Shown here: positions 14,138-32,279 of the stretch, piece by piece
Numbering within the stretch: the stretch's first letter is position 1
How the letters are laid out: the number at the start of each line of letters is the position of its first letter
Assembly (NCBI GenBank): GCA_964016885.1
Contig: OZ024747.1
Location: 70,990,001-71,054,000, forward strand
DNA: 64,000 nt
From: Eledone cirrhosa
Lineage: Eukaryota
Direction: 5' to 3'
The notes under the pieces: model-generated
What the model saw: only the letters and a program-made list of their open reading frames with translations
The model's database searches: none
What the model was told of the DNA's origin: nothing
Translations under genes and position numbers: made by a program

Positions 14138-15542
14138 ATTCTGAGTGACATTTGTAGTTGTTGATCACAAGGACTCTCTTGAACGAATTATGAAAAACAT
14201 TCCAGCCGTGACAACCCTATACAATCTTTTTAGAAGTATATTTGATTCATTTACTATGTGTGTCCTTCCATTTGTTTTAAGACTGTGGTATGTGATTTAA
14301 GGGCTATTTTGGTCCTATTTTAAATAGGTTGTGGGACTGTACAGAGACTCTCACGCTGGTTGTTTGGTGTCCTTTTTTTATTAACTGCAAAAGCATATCC
14401 AAAATGCCCTCCCTAAACCACGCAAACGCATGGATGTTTGCTGCTCATCTCTATACAAATCTGTCTCTCTAATGTAATTTCTTCTCATGGGAAGTAATAA
14501 AGTTGGATACTTTCTCGACAGAATCCCACGCGTACGTATGTGTATGTGTGTGTGTGTGTGCATGCGTGCCTGTGTGTGTACACAAACACACACATATATA
14601 TATGTATGCGTGTATGTGTATATGTTTGTAAATATATTTTTGTGTACATATGTAAGTATGCATGTATGTAAGTGTATGTATGTTTATTCGTCTGCCAGTG
14701 GATCAATATTGAAGAAGACAGATATAAATGTGTGTGTGAGATAAAGTCACTGATTGACTAGAAAGTCGTAGCGGTTGCCGTAAATTCCCAAAATAATTGC
14801 TTATTTGGTTGGTAAAAATTTATCATTTCTCACTAGAGCGCAATGTAAATAATGACTTATCTTCAATATTGTTGTTATGTTTGACCCACTAGAAATTCAC
14901 TGCTGCAATTCGAGTTGAAGATGCAGAATGGCTTTACCGCCAACTGAATTGACATTTAAAACTGCTGGGGAGAAATTGGCCATGAGGACTGGGCCTGGGG
15001 CAGGTCTGATAGAGCAATATACATTCCATTCGGAATATGGTTATATGTTGAAATGATTCTTCTCCGCAACCACCTACCGTCAATCATATATAAACTTAAA
15101 CATTTCCATTATTCCTAGTCTTCGTATTTTTATCAAAATGAAAAATACTGTGCCTTTACTTATTCGCTAGACCTGCTAGAAATAGCAATGTTATTTGCAT
15201 CAAATAATACCTTACTGACCTATAAAAGGAAAGAGACCTTGAGTAATTGACTGTAGGATATATTTTGTCTAATAAGAAAGAAAGAAAAAAACAGGAGAGT
15301 CGCGGATAAAGCATTTTTGAATATATTTCAGCATTTTCAAATCTGACCTGATATGCCAGGACATCTAGTCTTCCAGAAATCACGATATAAAGTATATTGT
15401 TTTAAAGGGTGATTGTAAAATGTATGCATCATCTTAGGTCCCATATCTACTGATGGAGTCGTACGGGTGCCGTAGTGGCATACGATTTTTCTTGAGCATT
15501 TTTAAAGCCTGGAAGAGTCCATCACTCTCCAGGTCTGAAAAT

Positions 15543-15585
<43 letters not shown>

Positions 15586-15589
<4 letters not shown>

Positions 15590-16270
15590 ATTGGAATTTC
15601 GTATTTCTCTATATATATATGTGTATATATATTGGAATTTCGTATTTCTAAAGAAATACGGTATATAAACATTTAGAATGCCGTAGCTATGTAAAAACAC
15701 CGGCAACTATCGCCACCTGGCGAGATCCATCAGAAAAGTTGGGGGGGGGGGGGGGCAATCATCGATGCATTTCAAACTGGACTGTTACTCATCAGGTCGA
15801 TCCCTCCCGCTCGTACGATTGCTGAACTTTGAAAACAGGCTTTCGTAATGTTTATTTATAAACATTCCGTATTTCTTTAGATATACTAAATACCAATGCA
15901 TATCTGTATACAGCTATGCTCGAATCTAAATTCTAATTCTATTCTATTATAGGGTGAGCCAACTCATGTGCAAATGAGATTACCTCAATTACACAGACGA
16001 GAAAACTATATATCTTCGCCTGTTTTCAAGTTCAGCAGTTGCAAGAGCGAGAAAGATCGTCCTGATGAGAACCAGTTCAGTTTGATATATGTCGACGATT
16101 GTCCCTCTTGCTTCTGCTGGACACCGCAGGGTGGTGATACCTGCCGGTGTTTTTGCTTAGCTACGGCTTTCTAAATGTCATTTATAAACATACCGTATTT
16201 CTTTAGAAATATGAAAGTCTAATTCATATCTGTATACAGCTATGCTCGAAGCTAAATTCTAATTCTATTC
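15586..16270 (+). mobile_element. PLE-type composite: inverted pLTR, partial direct pLTR and full pLTR, with hammerheads
   Basis: 15630-15840 is the reverse complement of 16018-16225; 15855-15945 directly repeats 16182-16270. Hammerhead CGTC-CTGATGA-GAAC-cagttca-GTTT-GATA-tatg-TC-GACG at 16058-16097; the inverted copy retains GAAA. Confidence 0.75.
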
Positions 16271-16316
16271 TCTCTCTCCTCCTCCTCCCCTCTCTCTATC
16301 TCTCTCTCGCTCTCTC

Positions 16317-16451
<135 letters not shown>

Positions 16452-17772
16452 ATGATAATAACGAAACAAGGCACATTTGCTGTTATTCAATATAATATGT
16501 ATTTCAATATAATTTGAAATGAAATTTTAAAAAAAAGGCAAGTTGTATAGTGTTAATAGAATTCTTAATCAATTTTGGTTAAAAAGAGAATTGTTGTTCT
16601 TGAAATATACACTTAATAGAAAATATTAAATTTTGCAGCAGCAGAAGATAATGAAATATCACTCTCGTTAAAAGATAAATCCAATGTGACGGGGGGGGAG
16701 GGGGGGGGGCCGGGGGGGGCCTTTATCAGTTTTACAACTTTACCGCATAAATCTAAAGTGTTCCCATCAAAACAAAATTCAGACACCAATCTAGAAAGTT
16801 TAATGAAAACCAATTCAACCATCCATATTTCATGTCTTTTATGTCTTTGGTGTGAAAGATATTTTCATAATTTAAATTTCAAGGCTGGTGAACATATATA
16901 AAGATAATAACTAGCCTAACTTGGGTCTTGAGGTTACTTAGCTTGGTTCATTATTATAAGGAATGCATACATATGTATGATATATATATATAGTAGATAT
17001 ATATATATATTTGTGTGTAAGTGTGTGTACCTGTAGATATATGCATATATATATGGGGGGGGGGTATGTGTGCGTCTGCGTGTGTGTAAACAATAAACTT
17101 TCTGAAGTGTGCACATACGTTTGGATAGATAACAGAGATTATAGTATTCAATATATATTGTAAAATGTACTATTCGCTTGAATCTGAAGATTTTCGCTGT
17201 CGTTTCTAACTCTGTGTGCACAAAACGAGTGCAGTTAAAATAGCAGAAAAGTATTCAGTCCTAGTAGTTAATTTGAACAGAGGGAAGAATTGGTATTCTG
17301 TGGCGATCGTATTCCATGACCATAACCATTGCTCTTTTTCTACTTTGAATAATGTAGAATCCTGTATTTGTGGAATATGGTTGTAGTCTGCTAGCGTAAC
17401 AATTAATTCATAAAAGTCATTGAGTCCAATTGCCGTGAAGAGTAGAGAAATGTAACAATAAAGGTTTTTCCTATCTATTCAAATCGAAGCCAGAACACCA
17501 CATTCTCTCTATATCTTACTCTCAAGTGACAACAGGCCGATACATTAAATTCTACACTCGCCACGGTACTCTCGGCTCCCAAAGAATAGGGTGAGTTGGG
17601 ACCAGCGGGAGGCTGGGGATGGACATCCGCTTAAATTCTTATAAGCGAGGGGAGGGAATCGATAATTATATAGTGTATGTTCGTAAATAAGAGATTTCTT
17701 GTAATGTTCTTTTTTGTCGTAAATAATGTTTTTTTTATAATGTAAACTAACATTATTATTAGGTGGACACCA

Positions 17773-17844
17773 GGTCGATAAAATAAAGTACCAGTAATGA
17801 ACTGGGTAATTGCTGGCCTTGTGCCAAAAGTAGAAACAATTATT
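17773..17844 (+). mobile_element. SINE 3' fragment
   Basis: GGTCGATAAAATAAAGTACCAG...GTAGAAACAATTATT. Confidence 0.85.
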
Positions 17845-18729
17845 AGATTCTCCAGCTGTTGTATCGATATGAATCACTAACAACAGCATATCGACGGAGA
17901 TAGATTGGGAAATATATTCAGTGTGGGGGGGGGGGGGGGTCTGAATTATCAATAAGGGTGGGGACCCGGGAGCAATTGAAGTTTTCAAACCATTCTGCTG
18001 GTGCTTATAATATGTAATATCATATATAATTGAGGCTATTCGTCATTAGTTTATAATTAAATATAGTTGTTACATTGTAAAAATATTTATTATTCTGGCT
18101 TTTTAAGTTCAAATCTTGCCGAAGTAAGCTACACCTCTTATTTTATCAGCATTCAGAAATGAAGCACTTACTTATACTGTCGCAGGCTAATGACTGAAAC
18201 CAATAAACGCAGAGTTGCATAATACTAAATGAAGGAAGAGTTTCATGGCTAGAACATGAATTTTTATATGACAGTTTAGTCAGAGCTGATCTAGGGTTAA
18301 ACAACATTTAAAAAGTATAACTGAACAGAATGAAAACATATAAATTCTAAAAATATGCTTTATTTCTTGCAAATAGCCAGAGTCTGAAGAAAATCATATT
18401 TGTTGAAGTAGAATGTCCCTTGAGGAGACAATTTACTGAAAGCTTATGTAAATATAAACGGTGAGTAGGAGATATATAAAATAAAAATATAGTGACGATG
18501 ATATGATTATATATGTTAAAGCAGGTAATTTGATTCAGATACTTAACCCAACTCAATAATTTGATGTTCATAAGATAGACTCTACTCTACATTTTCCAAT
18601 AGGTTAGAGTTGCATGAGAAAAAAAAAACAGAAAAAAAGGAATCAGAACAACGTACGGAAAAAGAGAAGCTGCAAATATATAAATTGTATATGAGATATT
18701 TGTAAATATGACATACAATTTATTGCTGC

Positions 18730-18775
<46 letters not shown>

Positions 18776-18779
<4 letters not shown>

Positions 18780-19499
18780 TATTTGATAAACATTTACATG
18801 TTTTAGTTGCAATTGACTAATAAAATCGTTAGAATGAAATATCCTAATTCAAATACATATTGTTTGCCTGTACGATCTAAAAAATAATAAATCAATACTC
18901 ACAAACCCATATGGGCAAAAGGCCTTGATACCTAGACACGTTTAAATTTCAAAATACAAACTTTTTCCGCAGATCGGTCAGAACTTCAAACTTTAAACAT
19001 GTTTCACAAAGGATGGTATAATAGTGAAATAATTAATTAATTAGCAGTGAGTTAATTAATTTTCTGTGTTTATCAATAGGTACCCAGATAAATTAAGTAA
19101 CTTCACCTCAGAAAAATATCTAAGGTCTGGTTAACGTAGCGAAAATACACGAGGTTTTGCACACGACTTATTCCAGTCCTCTAACCTCCCACACATAGTG
19201 CTAGAAATAACAGCCGTTTATATGGGATTACAAATTCAGCTCGACTGAGGGAGCAGTAATATAATATAACTTAGAGTTTACACTCAATGGGGTCATTTAC
19301 AATTATTTCAGCTCTAAGAATCGCTTCTGAGCAGAATAAATTAATATTTGATAAACATTTACATGTTTTAGTTGCAATTGACTAATAGAATCGTTAGAAT
19401 GAAATATCCTAATTCAAATACATATAGTTTGCCTGTACGATCTAAAAAATAATATATCAATACTCACAAACCCATATGGGTTTGTGAGTATTGATATAT
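18776..19499. mobile_element. Partial-tandem element (140-bp direct repeats, 565-bp period) ending in a perfect 48-bp palindrome; PLE-like architecture
   Basis: 18776-18915 matches 19341-19480; palindrome 19452-19499 is centred on CCCATATGGG; both ends lie in (TA)n. Confidence 0.65.
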
Positions 19500-19615
19500 A
19501 TATATATATATGTATATGTGTATATATATATGTGTGTGTGTGTCTATGTATGTCTGTGTCTATGTATATATGTGTTTGTATGTAGACACATTAAATAGGA
19601 AACCTTCTAGCATAT

Positions 19616-19793
19616 AATTGTTTCTACTTTTGGCACAAGGCCAGCAAATAATCAGTAGATTACTGGTACTTTATTTTATAGACCCCGTAAGGATGAAAGG
19701 CAAAGTTAACCTCGGTGGGATTTGAACTCAGAATGGCAAGGGCCGTAACTCTATGCGTCAAAGCATGGCGTCCTACCCTCTACCGATACTGCC
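19616..19793 (-). mobile_element. SINE, near full length
   Basis: Family match; imperfect TSD CTAGCATATAAT / CTAACATATAAT. Confidence 0.88.
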
Positions 19794-21226
19794 CTAACAT
19801 ATAATATGCAAAGCAAACAGTCGTGATTTCATATCGTATTTAAATGTAACTATTTGTGTGAGTGCATGTTTCCGCGTCTTTAAATATATATCTATATACT
19901 CTCTATACACAGAAATGTGTATGTGTCCATGCATGCAATGATCAATATATATTTGTAATTTGTTTAATGTGTGATGTCAAGGAAAATACAGTAATATGAA
20001 AATAGGTATGACACTACTTTCGCGTACAGAAATATTTATTTTAACAGCCTGACAATCAATCAAATTCTTTGTTTATTTGCCTAACTGTGGTATAACATCA
20101 TCTAGAAATGGTTTAGTTTTATTTAATAATTATGTACAGAGTTGCATCGCGTTTGGTTCTGTACACATCTAACGATGTAAATATATATCATTGTTAACTA
20201 AATAAACTTGAATATAAGGTCGTTGTTTTCTATTATTTTTACAGTACATATATCAATATACATTATTAGTGGTGTAGTCTCTTACAGCTGCATTACGTCC
20301 AAATAACGTTGATCTTTTACATAAAATATATGTCGTGATTTTCTCGGGAAGCAAGACAACATTTATTCTTTACGCCATGTTTTTATGCAGTTTGTCAGCT
20401 CATAGGAACGGCAGCACTATAGGAATCGACAAAATTGTTCTGACAGATAAACAGGATAAAGCCTACATTCCCCTTCTACGACGAACAGTTTAGGCATATA
20501 CAAACATTTATATACACACGCACATACTCGCATGTGCACATGTGCATTCACCTACCTATATACATATATATACAAGTAAAAATTAGCGAGAATCGAATTT
20601 CAGCCTATGAAATAACGAAAAAACACTTTCGAATTGTGAGGCAAGCGCTCAATAATTCAAAAGAATTAGAGCTTACAACTTACGTTAAAGGCCAAACACA
20701 CTGAGATGGTGGTTAAACTAATTATCCACACAGCGAAGATTCGATCTCCTATTTCGGGTCAAACAGATATACAGATATAAAAATATATGAAAGCATAAAT
20801 GTGTTATACTCCCCGGACCCCTGGAATGATGGTAAAGTCCAGTGTTGGGGTTTCTGCGGCTCCATAAGTCATTTACTGACATAAAGGATGTTAAGTTTCT
20901 CGTATCCTGACTGAACTAGGAGTGCGTGTTATCAACGGGATTCAGTTCTAAAGACCACATAGATGTGTCTGTAACTGACCCCACGTGGGGTTCAGAAAAG
21001 GAGGCAACACCTAAATTAGGCGAATGAATTCATCTGTGTATAATATTGCGAAAATGCAAAATATCACAAATCGAATGAAGCTCTCGACAGAGTGGTTAAA
21101 TATAACAAAGCTATTCGGCAGTCAATAGAATAGACCAAAACCAGTCAATAAAATTAACTGGCCAATAGCTATATATATATATATATATAATATAAGATCA
21201 AAAGATGGTTAAAAGAGTTCCAAGTA

Positions 21227-21293
21227 TTTTATTATGCGCATTTCAAAAACAAATATCATCATGAGATGATATCTGCGTTCTCATCAGATAAAA
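21227..21293 (-). ncRNA. Intact type I hammerhead ribozyme motif in a short (TA)n-flanked PLE remnant
   Basis: TTTTAT-CTGATGA-GAACGCAGATATCATC-tcat-GATGATATTTGTTTTT-GAAA-TGCGCA-TA-ATAAAA: 6-bp stem I, long stem II, palindromic stem III. Confidence 0.8.
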
Positions 21294-21353
21294 ATAGGGA
21301 TACATGATATGAAGCTTAAAAAACACTTGTGAATATTGAAGTTTTAAATCAAC

Positions 21354-21401
<48 letters not shown>

Positions 21402-22168
21402 ACACACACATACAATCAAACGTGCGCAGAAAAACCTTTTCCTGAAACCGATATTGCTGTTCAACATAGTGTTTGATTCTTAAATGTGATTTTATCCTTT
21501 TATACTATCAAGATACTTTTTGAAAATATGAAAAACAACAAATTAATGCACCCCGATGAGACACAATTATTTCGCTACAGTTCGCCATACAAATATTAAA
21601 AGAGTAAATATTGTAGTTGAAAAAAATTAATTTAATATAAATAAAAATATATGGTGCATATATGTTATTAATGAGAAAGAATAGATGTCGAGCCAGACGG
21701 TTCACCCTTGCACAAGAAATAACCTTAAAATAACCTTAATTATTCTCCACGTAACAGAATTCGTATTATTGACAGATTGACAGATCCACGGTAAAATTAT
21801 CCAAGCTGAGACAAGGGCGGATATGATTAAACCCGACACTGAGATATTTTGTAAATTGCTTTTTTGTATCAGACATGCAACTAAAACAAAATAGTTTGTA
21901 CAATAAGCAAACAGAATCAACGTAAGTCATTCCTGCAATAATATTTTTGGAAATTATCTGAAGATGAAGCCATAGAATTGAGGAACTAATTTATCGCATA
22001 ATAAACTATACCTGCATATCTGCAGTGAAATAAACGTATCATTTACTCCTAACTCCTCCAAAGAGATACAAGTATCTGTTTTATGACAGTGACTAAGACA
22101 TGTAGCAGAGTATACAAAATATTAGAATCTTTCAAAATGTTTCAAGTAGATACTAGCTGTCAACAAAT

Positions 22169-22351
22169 AATTGTTTCTACTTTAGGCACAAGGCCAGCAA
22201 TTACCCAGTGCATTACTGGTACTTTATTTTATCGACCCCGTAAGGATGAAAGGCAAAGTCAACCTCGGCGGGATTTGAACTCAGATCGTAAAGGGACGTA
22301 TCTATTTGGAAAGCATGGCGTCCGGCCTTCTACCGATACTGCCAATCCACC
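22169..22351 (-). mobile_element. SINE with 18-bp TSD
   Basis: TAGCTGTCAACAAATAAT at 22154-22171 and 22360-22377. Confidence 0.92.
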
Positions 22352-25300
22352 TGTCGTCATAGCTGTCAACAAATAATGATAGTTTAGCAAAGGTATAAAA
22401 ATAATTGCTGTTACTGTTTAATCCAAAATAAGGATTGAAAAGCGTTCCATTTGTGACTACACAATGTGATGAACGCCACGAAACAACTTACAATAAATTC
22501 ATATTTTACTATCTTCAGGGTACCCATTAATAATATAAGAGACATGTGAAAATAAAATAAACATTTTTTGTATTAATACATAATAGAAACATTTGATTAC
22601 ACGGTAAAAGTTTTATATATTAGGTATTTGACGAATGTGTTTTTAATTCAGTGTATCAAACTGAGATAGCTAACCTTATTAGAATGGTGTCTCCTTCAAG
22701 CTTTAAAACTAAATATGTTGCAACACATGATGGCTATTCTCAGTTTAAGAACAACCTTTAACTCAATGTTGTACAGATTTTTTAGAAAATTTCATGTAGA
22801 CGTGCCAACGAGTTTTCTCTATGCAGTCTTTCAATGTGATAGAAATAGCGGCCAAACTTTCCCTAAATAATATATTACCGTCTCTAAAAATGTACACAGA
22901 GGACAATATACTTAGAGGCATTATATTTCAATAAATAAACGAGACAGTTCCAAATGAAAAGTATTCAGTCAGGAGACACATTACACACACAGGTTGGTCA
23001 CGACTGGAATATATATAATAATAGGTTTGTCAAATTATGACTGAGTCAGGATTAAACCACAGCGACAATAACAATCATGCAAAACCCTCACAAATCCTTT
23101 AGTATGTAATTAACAATTAACAATTTATACTCTGTTACTCTGCTAATCATCTCAACTGTATTTCTTTGCCTTGCAGAAAAACCAACCTTGGGTGGTTTTC
23201 TGCTAGCATGTGTAGTGTGCATATTTATAGTATACGCAAATATATATACATGTAGATATGATACGTAAAATAAAATGATAATTGACAATATGCACAGAAA
23301 TTGAAGAGAGTCTGTGTTACACTGTCTTCTGTAATCAGTAAAGTAATCCATGATATATTTTAAAAATACGATATTATATATAAACTGCATTACGGTGAAA
23401 TTTTATGAAAACGAAAAAGAAGAAAATTAGCGACAGAAATATAAATATTATATAACGATGCAAATATATGAACGTTTACATAAGCAATGTCATAATTGTT
23501 ATGATATAATGGACACGACCCGGAAGTGTTGACATTTAAAATTTTTTAAAGAAACAATCATTATATATAAAAATATTTATGTTTAATCAACAGCTACGAA
23601 ATTTACTACATAAATTATGTAATATTCATTCATTATTTATTCAAAGTAATCTAACTTATTTTACTAATGGGATAAAAAAATATATATATTCAGGACGCAG
23701 TCTTATATTTTGATTAATCTTTATCTAGTTACAATTTGTATCAAACGAAATTTCAAGTAATCTCAGTATACTATTATTTTCACCTACTAAATTGTGGTTA
23801 TATTGGCGTAGAGCAATCAAGGATTTTGTATGTTATATCCACCCCAGTTCTTGAGTGGTAATTATTTTAACAAAAGTAAAATTATGAAAAACAAAGTCGG
23901 TTTGCTCTGAAATTTGAAATCAGTACGTGAAATAGAAAGATGTAAGCAAATACAGAAAGTGTTTTGTTCGAGATTCTAATCGTTATTCCAGCCATCGTTC
24001 TTACATCTAAATAGTAATGGACACAAAACAAGATTAGTATGTAAAACTTTATCGTAATTAATTCTAAATAATGGAAATATATTTGCCTGGAAGGTTATTT
24101 AATTAATTACAATTATAATCCATTAAATAAACATTTCAGTGAAAGTTGAAATTGCCTTAAAAACTTCGTGACTAAACAGTCTTTTCTGAATCATTCTTCT
24201 ATTTAATGCAATCTATTGACTATTACTGGTTAGTGATCAACGATCGATGTCTAATATTACTAGCATTAATCTTTGTCTAATTTATCAGTTATTCTAATAT
24301 CTCTTGTTCCTTTCTGCATGCGTCAAAATAGCCATCGACTCTGACCATCTGGAATACTTCTTTTCAAGTATATCCTAATAATTCTACGTTAATGCACAAG
24401 ACTACTGAATATAGGATAACAATACTTTGCAAAGAATAGGATATAACGGAGTAGCAGTGCTGAGCAGGAACGAAAGAAAGAAAGAGAGAGAGGGGGAGAT
24501 AGAGATCAAGGGAGAACCAAAGATGAGTTGCATCAATTGAAAGGATTAAAACTAGAATAAGAGTCGATATTATATAATGTCGTGGATTAATAACTACTTA
24601 GTCTTTCCTTTCAGTGACACTGAACTTACGTAAATTGGTGTGTCATAATCTCCCTCCTGTTCCCTTTTACTAACTTTTCAGCTGCCATGTTGCAGACAAA
24701 CGAATCTGTCATAACCGTCTGTTACCTCACTTAACTAAGGAACACAATATCGGTTTTTATCTTTTTTATCACTGGTGGCTAATGAGTTACCGGTGCTCTC
24801 TGCACCTTAGGTAATAAGGGAAACAATATCCTAACCCTAACATTCAGAGATGCCGTCACATCACAATTTCAATTCCCTCACAAACTAGAAAATATGTCTG
24901 TCTTTCGACTTGCCACAATGTTTAAAATTTATAATTTAAAGAAAATAATCTGCTATGATATAATATAAGCCTCTCTCCCAAAAGCAAGGCAAATATATAT
25001 CCCATTTTCAGAATTCTGAATCGATGCTCGCCAATCCAAGTACATTACAAAAGAGGTATGCAATTGTTTCCTCCAGAAGGTACGATATCCATCATATTAT
25101 ATTTGTCATTTTAGGGATAAAGAGAGGTGATAAAGAGGGGTGATTTTCGAAAACCATCAGTCCTGTAAGAAAAGTAAAATGTTTTCAACAAAGTGCCAAA
25201 GATCTAGAGTATAGTATAGCACTCTAATATGCAACACTTCACTAGTTTCATACACGAAAATAAGGGTTTCTTACCAGGTAACAACGATACCTGTTGTTCT

Positions 25301-26977
25301 TCCTTTTAAGATAAAGAATAAAGTGATTTCCAAATTGATAGTGTATTAAGGAAAGTGAATTGGTCTCGTTAAGGCATTGAAATCATATCGCAGATTCATA
25401 ACTCTCCCTTTAGCCGCAAATGAAATATAAGGGTGAATTTAAAAAAAGTTCTTTTGTTACAGATATATGAGAGGGAAAATTAGATGCTATCCTGCTCATT
25501 GCAAAAAACGTTAAATAATTTCCACCAGCAGATGAAGCTAGGAATTCGACCCACCAGGATTTTCGACTGGGAAATCGCGCTAAATGTATTTGATAGAAGA
25601 TATTCTTACATATGTCCCAACAAGTATTTTCGTCTTAAAATCTTCCAACTCACTCCTTGTAATTAAAATTCTTCCTGATGCTTTTGCAATGAAGAATAAT
25701 TCCTTTTCCAAAAGAGGTTCACCAAAGAATTGTTTATTGTTGTATTTGCATAAAAATCAAAATTGTGTTAAAACTATAACTTCCCGATATTTGATAAAGC
25801 ATCGACCATATTCAGCTAGTCTCTATATGACAAAATTATTGTTTCACATTTCTTTTTGAATTTTGTGACATATTTTCTTTGGAAAATTATTCATATTGAT
25901 TTTTCTCTATATTCAAGATGCGAAGAAGATTAGGTAGAATTCTGTATCACAGAACAAAGGTTAGCAATGCTCTTACAATTATTAATATATACATCTATTA
26001 CATTTATTAGGAAGAACAGAAGAGCAGAGAAGCCAATATATTTTTCGTAAATCATCCATTTCAATAGTTACTGAGATAAAAGACAGCTAAGCATATAATG
26101 TTTTATGTATTCCTCATATCAAATTACGGATTACGAAGGATTACAAAATTAATTTCCTTTTTAAATGTTTTCGTATATTAATGAAATTAATATATTTTGA
26201 AATATTTGTCATGGAAGAGTTCCCTGGTCAAAATATATATTGTCAAGATATTTTACATCTCAACATTGTTACAGAAGAACTATTAATACTTCGAAAAACG
26301 AGACATCTACGGAGTTTCTTAACTTACTAGAAATGGCCAAAACATTCTTTAAATCCCACACTAACGCTTAGAAAATGGAGGAAAACAGAGATAACGTAGG
26401 CCTATTGTAGAGACCTAATTCGATTAAATTGACTGGAGACCCTCTATAAATTTGTTGGTTTGTATTCAAGATTACAAATCATTATCATTACTAGTGAAGG
26501 TAAGGTTTCACACAAAAAATAGAGCACGAAATGAAAAGTGTTACAGTATTTAATTTCGTAATTCTACTGCCTTTAGTTGATATCACTCTTCATTTCTCTG
26601 GGTCTTCCATTGTTGATACTATCTATCGGTCACAAATCCTGGCAGAAGAAGCGACCATAAATAAATGTATTTGAGAACGATCCCAAGAACTTATCATCAT
26701 ACGTCCAGCATATAAGACACAATATGCCGCTATATAACTCACCTATTAATGCAATTTACCTCTCATTTCTGATGTTAGATCATTCCTTGTAGAATTCCCT
26801 GTTATTACACTATCTGGTTTACTCTCTATCTATATTGTGTTCTCTAATATTCTGTTACATCTTCCACACTCATCCTTTCAGATATCTACAATCTACCTGC
26901 AACCTATATTAATAACTCGTACATCTAGAGAAAGTATAACACTACACACTTCACTATTCATTAATCATCTACACATT

Positions 26978-27156
26978 GGGCGGTAGATTGGCAGTATCGG
27001 TAGAGGGTCTGGCGTTATGCTTTGCAGCAAAGAGTTACGGCCCTTTATGGTCTGAGTTCAAATCCCGCCGAGGTTAACTTTCCTTCTTACGGGGTTGATA
27101 ACATAAAGTAATACACTGGGATAATTGCTGGCCTTATGCCTATAGTAGAAACAATT
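26978..27156 (+). mobile_element. SINE with 17-bp TSD
   Basis: ATTAATCATCTACACAT at 26960-26976 and 27154-27170. Confidence 0.9.
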
Positions 27157-27749
27157 AATCATCTACACATAGACTAATCGAAGATCCACACTAATTTAGA
27201 TAACGAGAATCCATTCACGCAGCAACGCCATCAAAATATTCCTTAATGGAGTAAACGCATTCCAAATTCTTCCTCCTTGAACAACATGAAGATACAACTG
27301 ATTCTCGCACTAATAAAATAGTTTCATACCACCCTGCTTCAACACATGAACTACACATAAAAGGCCGCTGAAATCGAGGCAAATGTTAGGGTTCACAATC
27401 TCGTATGAACTCTTTTTACAAGAATACAACTGGACAGGAGCATTCTTGCATTTTGTGAGGTAAAAATCAAAATGTTAAAGCTAATTTAATCTCATGAGAA
27501 TATTTCATGTTATGACACTCGACATAAAACTAGTTTCATAATAAAATGATGAAACTAGTTTCTAACACTTGTTAGGATTCCTTTTCTTCCATTGTCCCTT
27601 TAATTCCAAGGCTCTATTGCTTTTATTAAATCTATTGGTTATTAGAGCAGTACAGTCAAGTTATAAATCAATGAAAGTGGTAAATACATTTATATTTTCA
27701 ATCCCCCTCAGCAAAATGGGAAATGGTGTTTTCTTTATTGGCCACAAGG

Positions 27750-27956
<207 letters not shown>

Positions 27957-27967
27957 AACATATATAT

Positions 27968-30914
<2,947 letters not shown>

Positions 30915-32279
30915 TGGGCTGGAAAAAGAGAGAAAGAGACTGTGGGAATGGATATGCACATCTATATTAATTTTACTTGGTTGTCTATCACTTTTTCTAA
31001 TCACATTTGTGTTTATTTCCTGAAGGAATGTGACATCTATTGTAACTGAACCTAGGGAGGGACTTATTTTCTTCCAGAAATTCTGTTGCACCTACTGATT
31101 TTTTGCCCAAACGAAATCTCACAGGTTTTTTCAAAAGTCATTTCAGACATATATAAAGCTTTTCTTTTATTTTCCTATTAAAATGTTTTAATAATAACTA
31201 TTATTTTCTCTGGATCTTTGGCATTGAAATTTCGTTTCTGTTTTATTATAGAATGATATAAGTTGTTAGATTTATTTCTGTGGATTTTCAAGCATATTAT
31301 TTCTGTTCAACTGCGTAATGTTTGGAAATGCTAACTTTTAGACTTTGAGTTCTTATCCGATCTAGATCCCTTACTTCACATACCTTTCAGCAATATATTA
31401 GACCTAATCAGAAAATGCAAGAAACGTTTCATCTCATTCATTCAGCCTCATGAAATTTGATTTAAGAAAACAGTCTTTATTATTTGTAGGTGATATATTA
31501 TTTACTCATCATAAAGATAACTTCTATTATAATATCCAGCAATGAGACGAGGTTAATAATGTTTTTATGTGGTCGGTACTATATTTATCAGAGAAATACA
31601 AGACATATTTCGATAAGATATCAATTTAAAGCGTAAAGTGACGTTAGTAGATGCAGCAAGACGTTTTGTCCGAAGATACTAATAATTTTGTCATCCATTG
31701 CAATGTTTACCTGATACAATAAACAACCAAAGAGGAAGTCACTCAGAGGTCTCTCGACCTTGTAGAAATAGGTCGCATTGAATGCTGTGTTCCTAGATAC
31801 ACTGGTGAGATAGTCATTGCTGGAATGTCTTTGATCGTATATCTAATCGGGTATGTTTCACTCGAGCTAAACAATAACAACACAGGAATTTCAACTGGTG
31901 CGATGCCATACATGTTGGGGCACATTTGTCGTTCATTACCCCTGTGCTTGATTTGAACATATGGTATCGATTTCTGAAGATAGAAACACAGAATTCAGTG
32001 ACCTTAGCGACATCTGTACATAGAATGTAAAGGAACATTACTAAATACTGTCATGTATTTGGCCCTTCTTCTGATCTATGACGTCAATTTATCCTTCTAG
32101 TTGAACATCTAATATATAAGGCATTAACTATCTCATTTCACAAACATGACTAGCAATGTTGTTTACGTTGATGCAATGCCATATATCAGCAAGAAAGTGT
32201 ATATTGGGTTGACATCATCCTCAGAACACTATTGGTATATATTTTATGGATTCTGATGTTATTGATTCATCGAGAAGAA

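Noticed and set aside
21702-21945. Possible minus-strand exon (TTGCAG acceptor, hydrophobic frame)
   Set aside because: Stops in the candidate frames and no recognisable domain; it needs RNA-seq or homology support.
25400-25860. Coding-like sequence on the minus strand
   Set aside because: Multiple stops and no motif I can assign.
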